This document shows positions 37,284 through 50,506 of a stretch of 64,000 nt of DNA, one piece after another. Made by a program: the position numbers and the translations under genes. The notes under the pieces are model-generated. The model was not told where the DNA came from. It searched no databases and saw only the letters and a list, made by a program, of their open reading frames with translations. Numbering within the stretch: position 1 is the stretch's first letter; the number at the start of each line of letters is the position of its first letter. Location: the NCBI RefSeq assembly GCF_016432865.1, contig NC_067401.1, positions 37,200,001 to 37,264,000 on the forward strand, read 5' to 3'. This DNA comes from Antechinus flavipes. Lineage: Eukaryota.

Positions 37284-40021
37284 CATTTTAAAATCCATGT
37301 AGTTTGACCATGGTTTCTATTTTCTCAAGGGAAAAGAGAGTGCTATTTTTATAGCAGATGGGTGTGGCGCTATTAGGCACTGTTTCAATAAAATTTCTAG
37401 GGAGTCAGTGGACTGCCATCTCACTTTGAGTCAGCAGGGTGATAAGGAAGCCTAAAATAAGATCTTCTATGTTGAAAAACAAACTTCCAGAAATAGAGAA
37501 GCAGTAGTCTCATTCTTGTATGGTCTGGGCAGACCACATTCATATTACTTTGGTCAGTTTTAGGAACTATAATTTACTATGAACACTGGGAAGCTGGAGA
37601 AGAACAAGAGTAGACAATCAAGGGCTGAAAGTTGTAAGTTATAAGATGATGAGTTGAAGGAACTTGGGATGTTTATGGAAGAAGAGAAGACCCAGGTCAA
37701 ATATAATTTCTATCTTTAATAGAAGAAGGTCTGTCCTTTGGAAGAATGTAGACTTGTCTTCTTGGGGTTCAAAGGATAGAATCAGGAGCAATGGATAATA
37801 TTTGTGAGGAGATTAAGTTTAGTCTTGATGTTGGGAAAAGCTTCTTTATAATTATGGCTGTCCAATTTTAATAGAGTTGTGATAGAGAGAGCCATCTGCA
37901 TCCAGAAAGGATCGTCGAGACTGAACGTAGATCACAAATAGTATTTTTATTTTTATCTTTTTTGTTATTGCTTGATTTTGTTTTCTTTCTCATTTTTTTC
38001 CTTTTTGATCTGATTTTTCTTGTGCAGCATGATAAATGTGGAAATATATATACATATACATATACATATATGAATTGCATGTGATTACTTGCTGTCTAGG
38101 GGAGAGGATGGAGAGAAGGGAGAGAGAAAATTTTTGAACATTAGGTTTTGCAAGGGTGAATGTTGAAAACTATCTTTGCATATAGTTTGAAAATAAAAAA
38201 AATTATTGAACAAAAAACCAATTATGGCTGTCAAAACTAGAATGGATGACATCAAGCTTTAGGGAGTTTCCCTTCCCCTGGAGATCTTTAAAGAAAGGTG
38301 GGACGAGCATTTCCAAAAAATGGGATAGTGGGGATTGTTTTTAGTATGGACCTTTCCAAAACTCAAATTCTGTGACTCTGTGATATTGTTAGGATATGAA
38401 CCAAAAACAATTATTTCTTAGGAGTCATACCAAGGAACCACTAGGAAAAATGGAAGAGAGGGTAGTAGAACCAGGAAAGATTTAAGAAAAATGGGGATTA
38501 TTTTTAAAAGTGTGACAGGAAAGAAAATGCTTAATTTACTGTTTGAAATCATGGCTTCATTACTGGCATGACTGTAGGAAAGTCACATACCGACTCTTAG
38601 CTTTTGGGAAAAAAATAGCTTATTTAACAATAATCTAAAAATCATGCTTTTCAATGAATGAGAAACCTATGATAAATTGGCCAATTTAGATGTCAAAATA
38701 AAAGATTTGAAATTTTGTCTTAGTTCAATCACTTCCTAGCTTCAGAATAAAAGAAAAATGTTAACTCAAATATTTTCATTGCGCCTATATTTTTGTAATA
38801 TTCAACTATAGATTAAGAAAATCCATTTTAGCCATATCTTGATTAAAGTAATGATATCCTGTTGGATGATCTCCTTTCCTCACATTTCTCCTCATTCCAT
38901 TTCATTCTTCATTCAGCTGTCAAAGTGATCTTCATAAAGTATTATGACCATGTCATCCTGTATACTCCAGTGGCTCCCTATCACCTCCAGGATCAAATAT
39001 AAAATTATCTTTTTGACTTTTCAAGTCTTTTGTAGCCTATCTCTTTCCTACTTTTCTGGTGTTTTTTTTTTTTTTAACACTTTACTGCCCTCCACTCATT
39101 CTGTTTTTTAAAAAATTATCCTGGCCTCCTTTCTGTTCCTCCCATAAGACATTAAGGCCATTTCCACCACCTGGTTCTATGCCCTCTCTTCTCCACTGGT
39201 GGATCCAACTTGTCACAATTGACTTCTTTCACCTTTCTATACCTCCTCTTCCCTTTGGTTCTCTCTGAGATGTCAGAAATTCTAACTGAATATCCTTGGA
39301 CAAATCAGTTATAAATGTATTTTAATTTTTCCCAACTCTAACTTGGAGGACATCTCTACTGTAGAGGACAGGAAACTGAGCGATAGTGGGTTAGTAGAAA
39401 GCCTTAGACAAAATGCTGTCACCTTTTTGTGTTTCAGTTTCCTAATTTGTCATATGGTCATGACATTACCCATTAACATATCATGCCCCAGAGTATGGTC
39501 AGGATCATAAACTAGTGTATGCATAAGTTCCTGAAATATACCCAGTCCTTTTTTGGTATTCTCAATTAATCTCTACCAAGCCTTAACTGTGCGATCTTTG
39601 GCAAGTCACTACCTTAAGTCAGTTCTGAGGCTGATACAAAGCAATAGGGGCAACAGAACATGTTTTTTAAATTGGGGAGAGCTTTAGGGAGGCAAAGACT
39701 GTTTATTATTCATTGTTGCTTTCTATTAGTGGTGTTTATGGCTGGGCGTTGTTACCATTCTCCCCACACTGCTTGCACCACAGCCTTGTTGGGAAGATGA
39801 AATCCCAAGGGAGTTTTGAAAGGGGAATTGGGAAGGGAAATTAGTGGGCTTCATGCAAAGATTTCTTTTAGTTCCACAACTTTGACCCTCTAGTCCAGAA
39901 CTTCCATTCTTAGGATATTTGAAATCTCCAAAGGACTTTTCTCTCAACAACCATTTGAAATAGATAGTGGGATATTATTATTCCCATTTGAAGGATGAGA
40001 AAACTGAAACTATGAGAGATT

Positions 40022-40170
40022 GGGGCAGCTAGATGACACAGTGGATAGAACACTGTGCCTGAAACCAGGAGAACTTGAGTTCAAATCCAGCTTCAGACAC
40101 TTAATCCTTATTTTCTGTGTGACCCTGGGAAAGTCATTTAAGCCCAGTTGTCTTACAAAAAGAAAAAAAG
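40022..40170 (+). mobile_element. WSINE1-like SINE
   Basis: ggggcagctagatgacacagtggatagaacac...ttcaaatcc...A tail. Confidence 0.8.
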
Positions 40171-40740
40171 ATAGAGACTATGAAAAATTAACTGATTTTC
40201 CCATGTACATACAGTAAGGAAATATCCAAGGCAGTGTCTATACTATTCTATGATTTCAATACCACCATGCCATCTATTCCACCAGGCTGGGTTGGAATAG
40301 TTACTACAGAGTGATAGATGGAATCTCTTTGTATCTCTGAGAACACGAGAGGCCCTTGACTGTGACAGAAAAAAATGGAGAATTTCAAAAGATGCATCTG
40401 CACATGTCTTGTTCTCCTTTCATAATTTAATTTTTGTTAACTCATTTTAAAACATCATTTATTTCTGAATATTTCTTATTCAGTGAGTTATTCCTTGCAA
40501 TAATGATATTAAAAACAAGGGGAGAAAGTGCAGCAAAACTAAACAACACACCAATTGTGTCTGGCAGTTTGTGTGATGTTTTACATCTCAAAAACCTCAT
40601 CTCCACAAATGGAGAGTGTTGGTGCTTTGTTTTTTCACCTCTTCTATGGGGCCAAAGATGTAACTCTAAGTTTGGGTGCTTAGTGTGTAGTTTCTTAAGC
40701 AACTTTAGAAGAAAGTTGACTGAGGTCAATGAGTATGGCC

Positions 40741-40767
40741 AGCACAGCACAGCACAGCACAGCACAG
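40741..40767 (+). repeat. (AGCAC)n microsatellite
   Basis: Five units visible. Confidence 0.9.
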
Positions 40768-41721
40768 TGCTCCCATTTACAACTAAGCATTGTTCTGAGT
40801 GGTAAGGACCCAGAGACAAAAAATGAAAATATCTCTACCCAGAAGGTCTTTGTAGTCTAGTGGAATATAGTACAATGGAAGGAAACTCCACAGAGCCAGA
40901 GAAGAAAATTTTAAAATCTATTTACAAAATCAATTCAAAGTAATTACAGAGGATGGGGAGAAACACTAATTACTGGGAGAATCGAGAATGACTTCTTGTA
41001 AAAAGCAGCATAGCAGAAAAGAACTATAGGATGGGACAGGAAACACTGGAGCTTCTTGAGGAGGTAGAGGGTGTGATCAGACATAAGTTTAAGGATTATC
41101 AATTTCATAACTGTGAAGAATGGATTGAGAAGATGAGAGCTTGGAAGGGACAAAGGGCTAACCAGAAAGCTATTTTAAGAGTTTAAGTGACAGATGATGA
41201 AAGCCTTGCCTACAGAGCCTCCTTAAGAGGAGAAAGGTGGACAGTGCAGGCAGTATTGTGAAAGAAAAAAGAAAAAGCCTTAGAAAGTGATTGGGAATAG
41301 TGAGTGAAGATTTGAGGAGGACTCTTTCAAATCTATGAACCTCAAAGGATGATGGGACTCTAAAGGAAAGAGAGAACTGAAAGGGAGGTGAGTTTACAGG
41401 AAAGAAATGAGCTCTGCTTGGAATAGGTAGGGTTTGAGTAACATGAAGAGATGCACCAAATGGCTGGTGATATGGAAATGGGATTGAGGAAGGAGATCAG
41501 GCAATTTAAAGGATTTAGGAAAGGAAAGTGAAAATATTTCAAGTATGAGGTGATGGCATACCTTGTCTAGGTTCACCTAGATATCTAGTAAGTATGAAAG
41601 GCTGGATTTGTACCTCAGCTTCCCTGACTCTAAGTTCAGCCTTCTATCCACTATGCTATACTAGTTCTGCTGGGATGGTGGGAAGAGGGAAAGAAAGAGC
41701 ACAAAATCCACAAAATCTGGT

Positions 41722-42030
41722 CTGACTTTTCCTGTGAGTGAAATCCCTATTTCTAATTGAAACTCAAGAGATAAGTGTTATGCCACAGTTCTCTTTAATT
41801 GTCCTGACTCAGTTTCCCTGCACTAGTTTCCCTTGTCTCAGTTTCTTTAACTGTTCTGTTTTAATCCCCTAAACTGTAAAACTCTCAGTTTCCTTAACTG
41901 TTCTGTCTTAATTCCCTAAACTGTAAAACTCCCTCTCTGGCCCATTAAAACTGAGGACTATTTGCTCTAAGGTTATAAATTGTTAGTACAAGCAAGATAA
42001 ACAAGAGAGTAGACCTTCTGAGTCTTTTCT
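41722..42030 (+). mobile_element. LTR-like element with an internal ~47-bp tandem repeat
   Basis: ctcagtttc(t/c)ttaactgttctgt(t/c)ttaat(c/t)ccctaaactgtaaaact twice (~41838-41932), then TATAAA; boundaries approximate. Confidence 0.45.
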
Positions 42031-42289
42031 GTCCTCAAGAATTTGCAATATCCCTCTAAAATATTCCAAGATACCTCACTGACATCTTTACTTCTGTGTA
42101 TTCAGACATTATCTGTCTGAATCATTATAACAGTAGGTATTTGGCAGATCCAAGGAAATCATCCACTTGGATCAACATTCTATAACTGACCAAATGTACT
42201 GGGAAAACTGGAAAAACAGGCAGACAAAAATCAAACTTAAGCCAACATCTCATACAAGGACACTACAAGAGCCTCCGTATGTCTTGGCA

Positions 42290-42620
42290 GGAGCTGGAAA
42301 CTGAAAAATGAGCTCAGGAAATGTAAGGCTGGAGACAAGGCTAGGTTCTATTCTCCAATAAAATTTCATCATGAAGAAAAGAGGAGGGTGGAGAGAGAGA
42401 GGAGAAATGTGTGTGTAGTAAGATGACAAGCGTTCTGACAGGGAAGTGATGAATTTGAGACCATAGAAGAAACAGATGAAGCGAATGGAAAAGTAAACCA
42501 CAAAGTTATGTTGATCATTGATTTGAAGGAGCATTTGACATAATCTTCATATTATTTTGATAGGATAATTGCCTAGATCTTAGGAGTACAGATTAAAAGC
42601 TAGATTCATCCCTAGTTGTC
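42290..42620 (-). pseudogene. Inverted remnant of the chemokine promoter/upstream region (oldest copy)
   Basis: Reverse complement aligns to the plus-strand promoters (ccttacatttcctgagctcatttttcagtttcc; catgatgaaa). Confidence 0.65.
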
Positions 42621-43593
42621 TAGTTCAATGTCATAATTTTAGAATTATAAAAAATATGGCTCAGAGAGAATTGACTTGTCCAAGGTCATAACAATAGTCA
42701 GAAGCAGATCCTTTATCTGTTGGCAGATGTGTGGACTCTAGACCTGGATAGAAAAGTTATGTCTCAAATTTCAGGATAGTTGGAGATGCCTGTAACAGTA
42801 TATTATAACATATAATATAGTAACATTGTATTCACACCCATCTCCATCTTCCCTCCACATATTGTTTTATCTTCTTTGATATAAAATTCATTTTCATTGG
42901 ATGAAAAAGGATGTAAAGGTTGTGCATTAACAAGTGTTTCACAAACCTGCACTCCTCCTCAGAGGGTCTCATGAGGTTGTGCCCCAGAATTCTGTCAAAT
43001 CCTGCCTGAACTCGGAAGGTCAAAGGGATAGACTAAGACCAGTGGTCTTTTATGGATACCATTTGAGCAAAAATTATCCATGAATGCCTTTAAAGAGCCA
43101 TAGAGGTTTCCTTGATATGGACCATTCTCCACATAAGATACACATGGATCTGTGTATATACGTACATGTATATAAATGGACATGCTCTTATATAAAGTAT
43201 CAAGTGAGTATGAAGTTAAGAGATGTGGAAACAATATATCAAGTATTTTTTCTGCCTACCAGTGTGATCTTGCGCAAGTTACTTCCTTCTGGGCCACAGT
43301 TCTTTATCTAGAATCTGAGAGTATTGGACTAGACCATTTGAGACCCTTCTAGTTCTAAATCTGTAATGCTAAGAACACAGCAGTTATGATATCAAAGCAG
43401 TTTGAAGGTCATGTTGAATATTCCTTTGTAGGGTCAATAGTGGTCACAGAACTCTCCTTCCAGTTTAGTTTTGCATGTGTTTCATCTTTTTTTTTTTTTT
43501 GTTACTAATTGAAGTTCACCACTTCCCCTCAGCACACACCACTTTACCACATACTCATTTCTCCTCTCTCTATCCTCTCTCCCCTTTCCCTCA

Positions 43594-43747
43594 TGATGAA
43601 ACTGGGGAACAGAAGTTTATTCCCTGGCAGTTATATTTCCTGGCTTAAGTTTTGATTTGTTTCTCCAACAATGACATCAGCCTGCCACTGGAATTGCCAC
43701 TCCTGTTCCTTCTTACTCTTGGGTATGCACAGAAACTCCTATAAAAA
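43594..43747 (+). promoter_or_regulatory. Promoter of the orphan exon 1
   Basis: TGATGAAAC 43594-43602, TGACATCA 43672-43679, altered kB site GGAATTGCC 43690-43698, TATAAAAA 43740-43747. Confidence 0.65.
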
Positions 43748-43818
43748 GAGACATAGAGACTCTCCAAAGTCTCTCAGCTTGTACTCTGCTCTTTCAGCTC
43801 CCCTGTCCTCTTGGGATC

Positions 43819-43891
43819 ATGAAGGTCTCTGTGCTTGCCCTCTCCATCTTTACGCTCATGGCCTTCAGCTCTCCGGCATCCTCTGCACCAA
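43819..43891 (+). pseudogene. Orphan chemokine exon 1 (exons 2-3 deleted)
   Basis: MKVSVLALSIFTLMAFSSPASSAP + intact GTAAGT donor. Intron-1 homology stops at ~44289 and joins sequence paralogous to ~51950. Confidence 0.9.
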
Positions 43892-45915
43892 GTAAGTGAG
43901 CTTCCTTCTGCCTCTATGCCCAGGCTGAGGTCATGGGCTGGATAGATCCTTGCTCTAACCACAGGGGTCATCCTAACTAGAGAAGGGGGACACCTGAAAA
44001 GGAAGGGTAAGATCAAATAGGGGTGCCTTGATGGTATTAACATGCCCTTGAAAGTATTTGCTTGTTAAATTTTAGATGGAGATAGGATGGGGGAGGGGAA
44101 GGGCACTAGATTGAGTTCTGTGTTTAAGTCCTCATTCTGGCTCTGCCTCTAATTACTCCTATGGTTTCTAGCAAGTGGCTTTCTTGTCAAAGGCAGAAAT
44201 TGTCTGGGTGATCTGTGAGTCCTTCCTAACTCCCACACTATTTAATTTTGTTTTCAAAATGCACACAGTGAGCATGGGAGCAGCTCTTCTATACTTATTT
44301 CCATTTAATGGAAGAGGAAAGTGAGGCTCTGAAATATTAAGTGATTTTTCCACAATCATACAGCTGTGAAATATTCAAGGCTGAGTTCCCACACTGCTCT
44401 ACACTTTGAATAATAGCATAATTTGTATCTACCAGGCTAGTTTGGAATGGTCACCACAGGCAATAAGAGGAAATCAATCCTGTTCTCCTCCTAAAAGTTG
44501 AATGGGTCACAAAATAGCCCTGGGGGGGAAAACCCAAGTGAGGGAAGTCCAAAGAGGTACCTGTACATTTCTTGATCCCCTTTAATAATTGAATTTTATT
44601 TGTCAATGGAGATTTTACACCATGAGTTTCTGAATGTCTGTTATAGCTTGAAACAAAGCTTTTAACATGAAGGGGGAACAAGGTCAGCAAAACTTTGGTA
44701 ATATAAAGGATTAGGAAAGCGGAGGGTCAGTGTTTATAGACTGAGCATGATTGGCTCACTTTCCAGGGTTTCTTTGTAGGCTAGTCAGTATTAGGGGTGG
44801 GATTTTGACCTCGTTCTTCCTGACTCAAATTCAACTGTTTACCCATTGCAATACACCACCTCTGCACAAAGGCAGAATCTGAGCTCAATTGTATGTGAGT
44901 GGGAGCCTTGTTTTTAAAGTTCAAGGAAAAAGAAGTCCTTTAACTATCTGTAGACAAGAGGAAATGCTAAAGCTCAGACTTGATTTCTCTTCTCTCTCCT
45001 TTCTTGGGTCAGGAGTGTGTAGTGATACCTTATTCCATTCTCCCTTTCTTTCTTCTCCCAGAGCTCCTGTGTTCTAATGAAAATCTAAATAAACTTTTCC
45101 TATAGCTTTACTGTAGCACTGAACTTGTGATTCTGTCTTTTGATGACATACTCTTGTGTCATTCTCATACTGGATTTCTATATTCTCTAGGACCTCGGTA
45201 TTGGATCTATTGGATCTCCCATGTCACTCAATTTAGGTAGTAGGTCACTAAGGAACAAAGAGAAAGTGACTAATGGCTCTCAGCACAGGAAAAGGAAGCC
45301 CTAAACCCAGAGAATAGCCACAGTTCAAACCTAACAAGTCAAGGTTGGGTTCTGTAACCCCATCCACTCACCAGAAGAAAGTGATATGCAGACTCTTGTC
45401 AGAGTGTCTCTCAACTTGCCATGACTCTCACATTTCATTCATTAAATAATTATTTTTTATTCTGAATAATAAAACACGCACAAATGTAAACATTTCTACA
45501 TATGAAGAACAGAAAAGTGAAGGGTGTATGAATCTGTGACCTTCTGAATATACTCTTGTGTTTTCAGGAATGTGTTGAATTTATTACAACAGAAAATCAT
45601 TTCCCTTACCTGTCTTTCCTTCTAGAATTCCCTTTCCCCTCTCAATTTTCATTATTGCTCTTTCTTTTTTTTTCCCTCTGCATTTCACACTGCTGTCAGT
45701 TGCCTCAAAACAGTCTTCCTATAAAAGAGAATGTGTATAATCAAAGAAAAATAATATCTATGGGTCAAAATGTCTATCTCATGGGGTATTTCACATCTAT
45801 CACCTCATCAGAAAAAAGGGGAAACACCCTTCATCTTTAGCCTTCTGCTGGAAAGATTACTTATTGCAGAGAGAGAGTCATTTGAATTTGTTCTCATTGA
45901 AAATATTTCACTCAT

Positions 45916-46857
45916 AGAGTGTTCCAAATCATTATTGATCAGAGAAATGCAAATTAAGACAACTCTGAGATACCACTACACACCTGTCAGATTGGCTAAA
46001 ATGACAGGAAAAAATAATGATGAATGTTGGAGGGGATGCGGGAAAACTGGGACACTAATGCATTGTTGGTGGAGTTGTGAACAAATCCAACCATTCTGGA
46101 GAGCAATCTGGAATTATGCCCAAAAAATTATCAAATTGTACATACCCTTTGATCCAGCAGTGTTCCTATTGGGCTTATATCCCAAAGAAATACTAAAGAA
46201 GGGAAAGGGACCTGTATGTGCCAAAAGGTTTGTAGCAGCCCTATTTGTAGTGGCTAGAAACTGGAAAATGAATGGATGCCCATCAATTGGAGAATGGCTG
46301 GGTAAATTGTGGTATATGAATGTTATGGAATATTATTGTTCTGTAAGAAATGACCAGCAGGATGAATACAGAGAGGACTGGCGAGACTTACATGAACTGA
46401 TGCTGAGTGAAATGAGCAGAACCAGGAGATCATTATACACTTCGACAACGATATTATATGAGGACATATTTTGATGGAAGTGGATTTCTTTGACAAAGAG
46501 ACCTAACTGAGTTTCAATTGATAAATGACGGACAAAAGCAGCTACACCCAAAGAAAGAACATTGGGAAATGAATGTGAACTATCTGCATTTTTGTTTTTC
46601 TTCCTGGGTTATTTCTACCTTCTGAATCCAATTCTCCCTATGCAACAAGAGAACTGTTCGGTTCTGCAAACATATATTGTATCTAGGATATACTGCAACA
46701 TATCCAACATATAAAGGACTGCTTGCCATCTAGGGGAGGGGGTGGAGGGAGGGAGGGGAAAAAAATTGGAACAGAAATAAGTGCAAAGGATAATGTAAAA
46801 AAAATAAAAATAAAGAAATTAATAAAAAATAAAATAAAATAAAATAATAAAAAAAAA
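45916..46857 (+). mobile_element. Young 5'-truncated LINE-1
   Basis: ORF2 C-terminus in ORF 45770-46474, A tail, 17-bp TSD GAAAATATTTCACTCAT at 45899-45915 and 46858-46874; empty paralogous sites at 53531-53547 and 57566-57582. Confidence 0.96.
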
Positions 46858-46929
46858 GAAAATATTTCACTCATTTGCTAGTTCTTCTCCAGATTCTGGT
46901 TACTTCATTCCGAAATGAAGCAAGTGAGG

Positions 46930-47370
46930 ATGGATGCAGGGTATTTAGCAACCCCCAAGAAATCAGGCACTCGGGTCTGGAAAGCAGCCAGAGAGAAACT
47001 GAGCTTAGACATATATGTTACATCATAGACAAGAAAGTAGAAGTTGGAAACTGAAAAAGGAGCCCAGGAAATGTAAGGCTGTGCAAGGGCTGAGGTTTAG
47101 CTCCTCAGTGTAGTTTCCTCATGGGAGATAGAGTGGAGAGGACAGAGAGAGGAGAATTGTATGTGTGGTGATATGACAAGGGTGCTATGGGGGAAGTAAC
47201 AAAATAGAGATAGTAGCAAAGAAGGATGAAACAAGTGCAAAACCAGTTAGGAAGGAGAGTAAGGGTGGCTTTTGATTTGAATGAGAAAGCAGCATGATGT
47301 TCATGCAACTTGGATATCACAGTTGCCTGGGCCTTAGGAGTATAGACTTAGGACTCGAAGGACCGTTAGT
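46930..47370 (-). pseudogene. Inverted remnant of the chemokine promoter/upstream region
   Basis: Reverse complement aligns to promoters of genes 1 and 4 (cccatgaggaaactacactg...ccttacatttcctgggctcctttttcag). Confidence 0.75.
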
Positions 47371-48758
47371 TGTCTTGGGCAATACTTTCCTTATGGAAGA
47401 AAAAACACTGGGACCCAGAAAAGGGGATTTGTTCCATTTGGTGATGTCAATAGTGAGAGGCAGGTCCTCTTTCTGGTCTTGGATCTTCTGACTCCAGTTC
47501 AGGATAGGAAAGTTGCATCTTAAATTTCAGGACAATTGAAAGAGCTTCCTGTCCCACTCTACCACTTCTGAACACATTAAAAAGTACCATTATACCCACT
47601 GCCATCTCCATCTTCCCCTCAACATTTTTTCTCTTTTAACATGAATTCTATTTTTATTGGATGAAACAACCACTGCTCATACTTATGATCAGCATGTACT
47701 TAAAATTACCCCATAATTCTAGTCATTGTTTCACATGTACCCACCTCCCCAGAGATTTATTCTCATATTGCCTCTTCTCCACTGACAGCACACTGTTTAA
47801 TTTTCTCAAACCTTGCCTGAAATCAGAAGTCCTAAGGTTGAGTCCTGAACATTTCACTTCCTGGTTATTACAATTTGGACAAACCATCGTTGGACAAGCC
47901 AATGATAATTATAGAGCAAGTTAGTCTACAAATAACCTGTTTAAAATTTGGACTGCGGACAATATGAAGTGAAAGGTCACAGAGCTAGTAAGTGTCATGG
48001 GATCAGGACTCAGGTGTTCTTGACTTCAATCTTCTGTCCACTTTAGGGCAAGTCTCCTAAATAGATGAGACATAAGAATATCATTTCTGCCTGTTTATAA
48101 AGTTACATGAAGATGATCTGACATAATCACTGTCATGATCTTTTGTATCCTCCAATGATATAAAATTTGTATCATTAAATTGCCGAATTGACACAACAAA
48201 GCAGACAAAGGGATGGAATACTCATTTTGCTGACTGGTTTGTGACCATCATTTCCACAAGAATTCTCCCTGAATGCTCTTGAAGGACTAATGTAGGTTTC
48301 TCCCTATGGAGCATGGTCTGTCAATACAAAGACATGGAGTCAGCAGATCTGGAAAGATATCCAACATCTGTTTCTATTAGTGTGATCTTGGACAAGTCAC
48401 TTCTCTCTGGAACAAGAGTTTTTGTTGTTCTTTTTTTTTTTTCCCTTATTTTTTGCTGGAACATAAGAGTGTTGAATCAGAATTATCCTTCTAACTCTAA
48501 ATCTACAATGGTAAAATCTAGGCAGTTATGATAGCAAAACAGCATGAAGATCAGATTAAATATTCTTTCATATTCTTGGTCAACAAACATCTCTTTCCTA
48601 TTTGTTTTTGCATAAGTTTCATCTGTCTCTGCAGCTATCACAAGTTCACCACTTCCCCCTTAGCACCCTTGCTACCCAGCACATGTAGACATCTTCTCTC
48701 TTCATCCCCCCTGCTATTTCCCCCACAGTGGCTCAGTTTTACTTTCCATCTCCTACCA

Positions 48759-48836
48759 TGACATCACTTCTCCACCGGAATTTCCTTTTCTGTTCTATGC
48801 TTTCTTTCTGGGATCTCCCAGATGCCCCTATAAAAA
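48759..48836 (+). promoter_or_regulatory. Promoter of chemokine 3
   Basis: TGACATCA 48759-48766, GGAATTTCC 48777-48785, TATAAAAA 48829-48836. Confidence 0.75.
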
Positions 48837-48924
48837 GAGGGTCCAAGCATGAGCCAGAAGCACAGATCTCCAGAATCTCTCAGCCTGTGCCCTGATCCAC
48901 CAGCTCCTCTCTCCTCTCAGGATC

Positions 48925-50201
48925 ATGAAGGTCTCTGTGGCTGCCCTCTCCATCCTTATACTCATGACCTTCAGCTCTCTGGCATCCTCTGCACCAAGTA
49001 AGTGAACTTCCTTCTGCCCTTTGTGGCTGTGCCCAGGAGAAGGTCATGGGGTGGATAGATCCTTGCTCTAACCACAAGGATCATCTTAACTTCAGAAAGA
49101 GGAGTCCTGAAAGGGAAGGGTAGGATTTATGTGCCTTGGACTTCAGGGTATTTAACTGCCCTTGACAGTATTTATTTGATAAATGTTAGATGAAGATAGG
49201 ACAGGGGGGTAAAAATGGCTTGAGGTCTGTGTCTAAGTCCTCATTATGGCTTTCATATGGTTTCTAGCAAATGGTTTTGTTACCAAAGGTAGGAATTGTT
49301 TGGGCAGACCTGTGAACTCCTACACAACAAGTTTTTTCAAAATGTACACAGTGAGCATGGGAACCTCTCTTCAGATTATGTTCCAGGCATAGTGAGAATT
49401 ACACCTGGTACTGGAGGGCAGAGGAGTAATGGAGATATGAGAGTTCCCATCCCCTGTGTGCCTAGTACAGAGAGGGTCCCTGGAATGGAGTCAGGATCTA
49501 AGGAATGGAAAGTGTGAACATGTGACCTCACCAATCTCCTCCCTCCCTTCTCCTCTTTCCAGTGGGCTCTGACCCTCCCACCTCCTGCTGCTTTTCCTAT
49601 GTAAGCAAACAGATCCAGAGAAAAATTGTGACAGACTATTATGAGACCAGCAGCCTGTGTTCCCAGCCAGCTGTGGTGTAAGTATCTATCTACTGAACTT
49701 CTCCAGGGAATACAGGGAGAGGGTGGAAAGAAGAAATGGGGCCATTGGGCTATTTGGTCAAAGAGATGAATCAGGTCACCCAGGTGACACCTGGTGACAA
49801 GGAAAAGAAGCCCCCCAGGTTGTCTCTGGCTAAAGTTGGGTTCTCCATGGAGCTACTTAGGGAAAAGGGGAGCCATCAGCTGATTTACAGAATTTTATTT
49901 GAACAAGAGGCTTCCTGAGAGATTTCTCATTGGACAAGCCTCTAGAGAGAATGCGATTGACTCAGAAGGGTCTGAGAGATATTGCTAGAGATGAGGATTG
50001 TCCTTCTGTCTCTGTAGAGAAGTGGAGGAAGTGGTCAGTGCTGGACATGGAGGGAACAGAAAGAAATATATCTTCTTCTATGTTCTCTAATGTCTCCTCT
50101 CCTCCCTCCCCAGGTTCTTGACCAAAAGGGGCCGGCAGGTGTGTGCCAATCCCACTGATGCCTGGGTGCAGAGCTATGTGGAAGACCTGGAGCTGAACTG
50201 A
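48925..50201 (+). CDS. CCL4: CC chemokine 3, CCL4-like (one of several co-orthologs), 3 exons, 91 aa
   Basis: Exons 48925-48997, 49563-49677, 50114-50201. [99 protein letters not shown] and [16 protein letters not shown] match human CCL4; one-to-one orthology not implied. Confidence 0.96.
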
Positions 50202-50500
50202 GGGGCTCAGAGGCCTGAAATAAGGGCTCTTTCTGGGAAATGGACCAAGCTGAGGAATTCCCCAGTCAGATGAATTCTCTCCACAGTTCAGCCTTCCAGA
50301 GTTAACTTGCCCTATGATAATTCATTCTTCTCTGTGAGACTTATTTAATTTAAGTGGTGGTGACTTTGGGTATTTATTAGTACTATTCTGGAAGACAACT
50401 GGTCCCCATGGGACCCTCTACTACATCCTGGCCTCTCTTCCTGAGAGACTTTTGGATCCCCTGCTCCATTCCATGAACATTTGTAGCATGAAGATTTCAG

Positions 50501-50506
50501 AATAAA
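50501..50506 (+). terminator. Poly(A) signal of chemokine 3
   Basis: AATAAA at the position paralogous to the other genes. Confidence 0.7.

Noticed and set aside
44451-44690. 79-aa minus ORF conserved at 52111-52350
   Set aside because: Conservation is explained by the recent segmental duplication; non-ATG start and no recognisable domain.
45340-45430. Minus-strand splice-donor-like CTG|GTGAGT downstream of the inverted promoter (also ~53000)
   Set aside because: A single motif with no exon evidence; expected by chance and duplicated passively.
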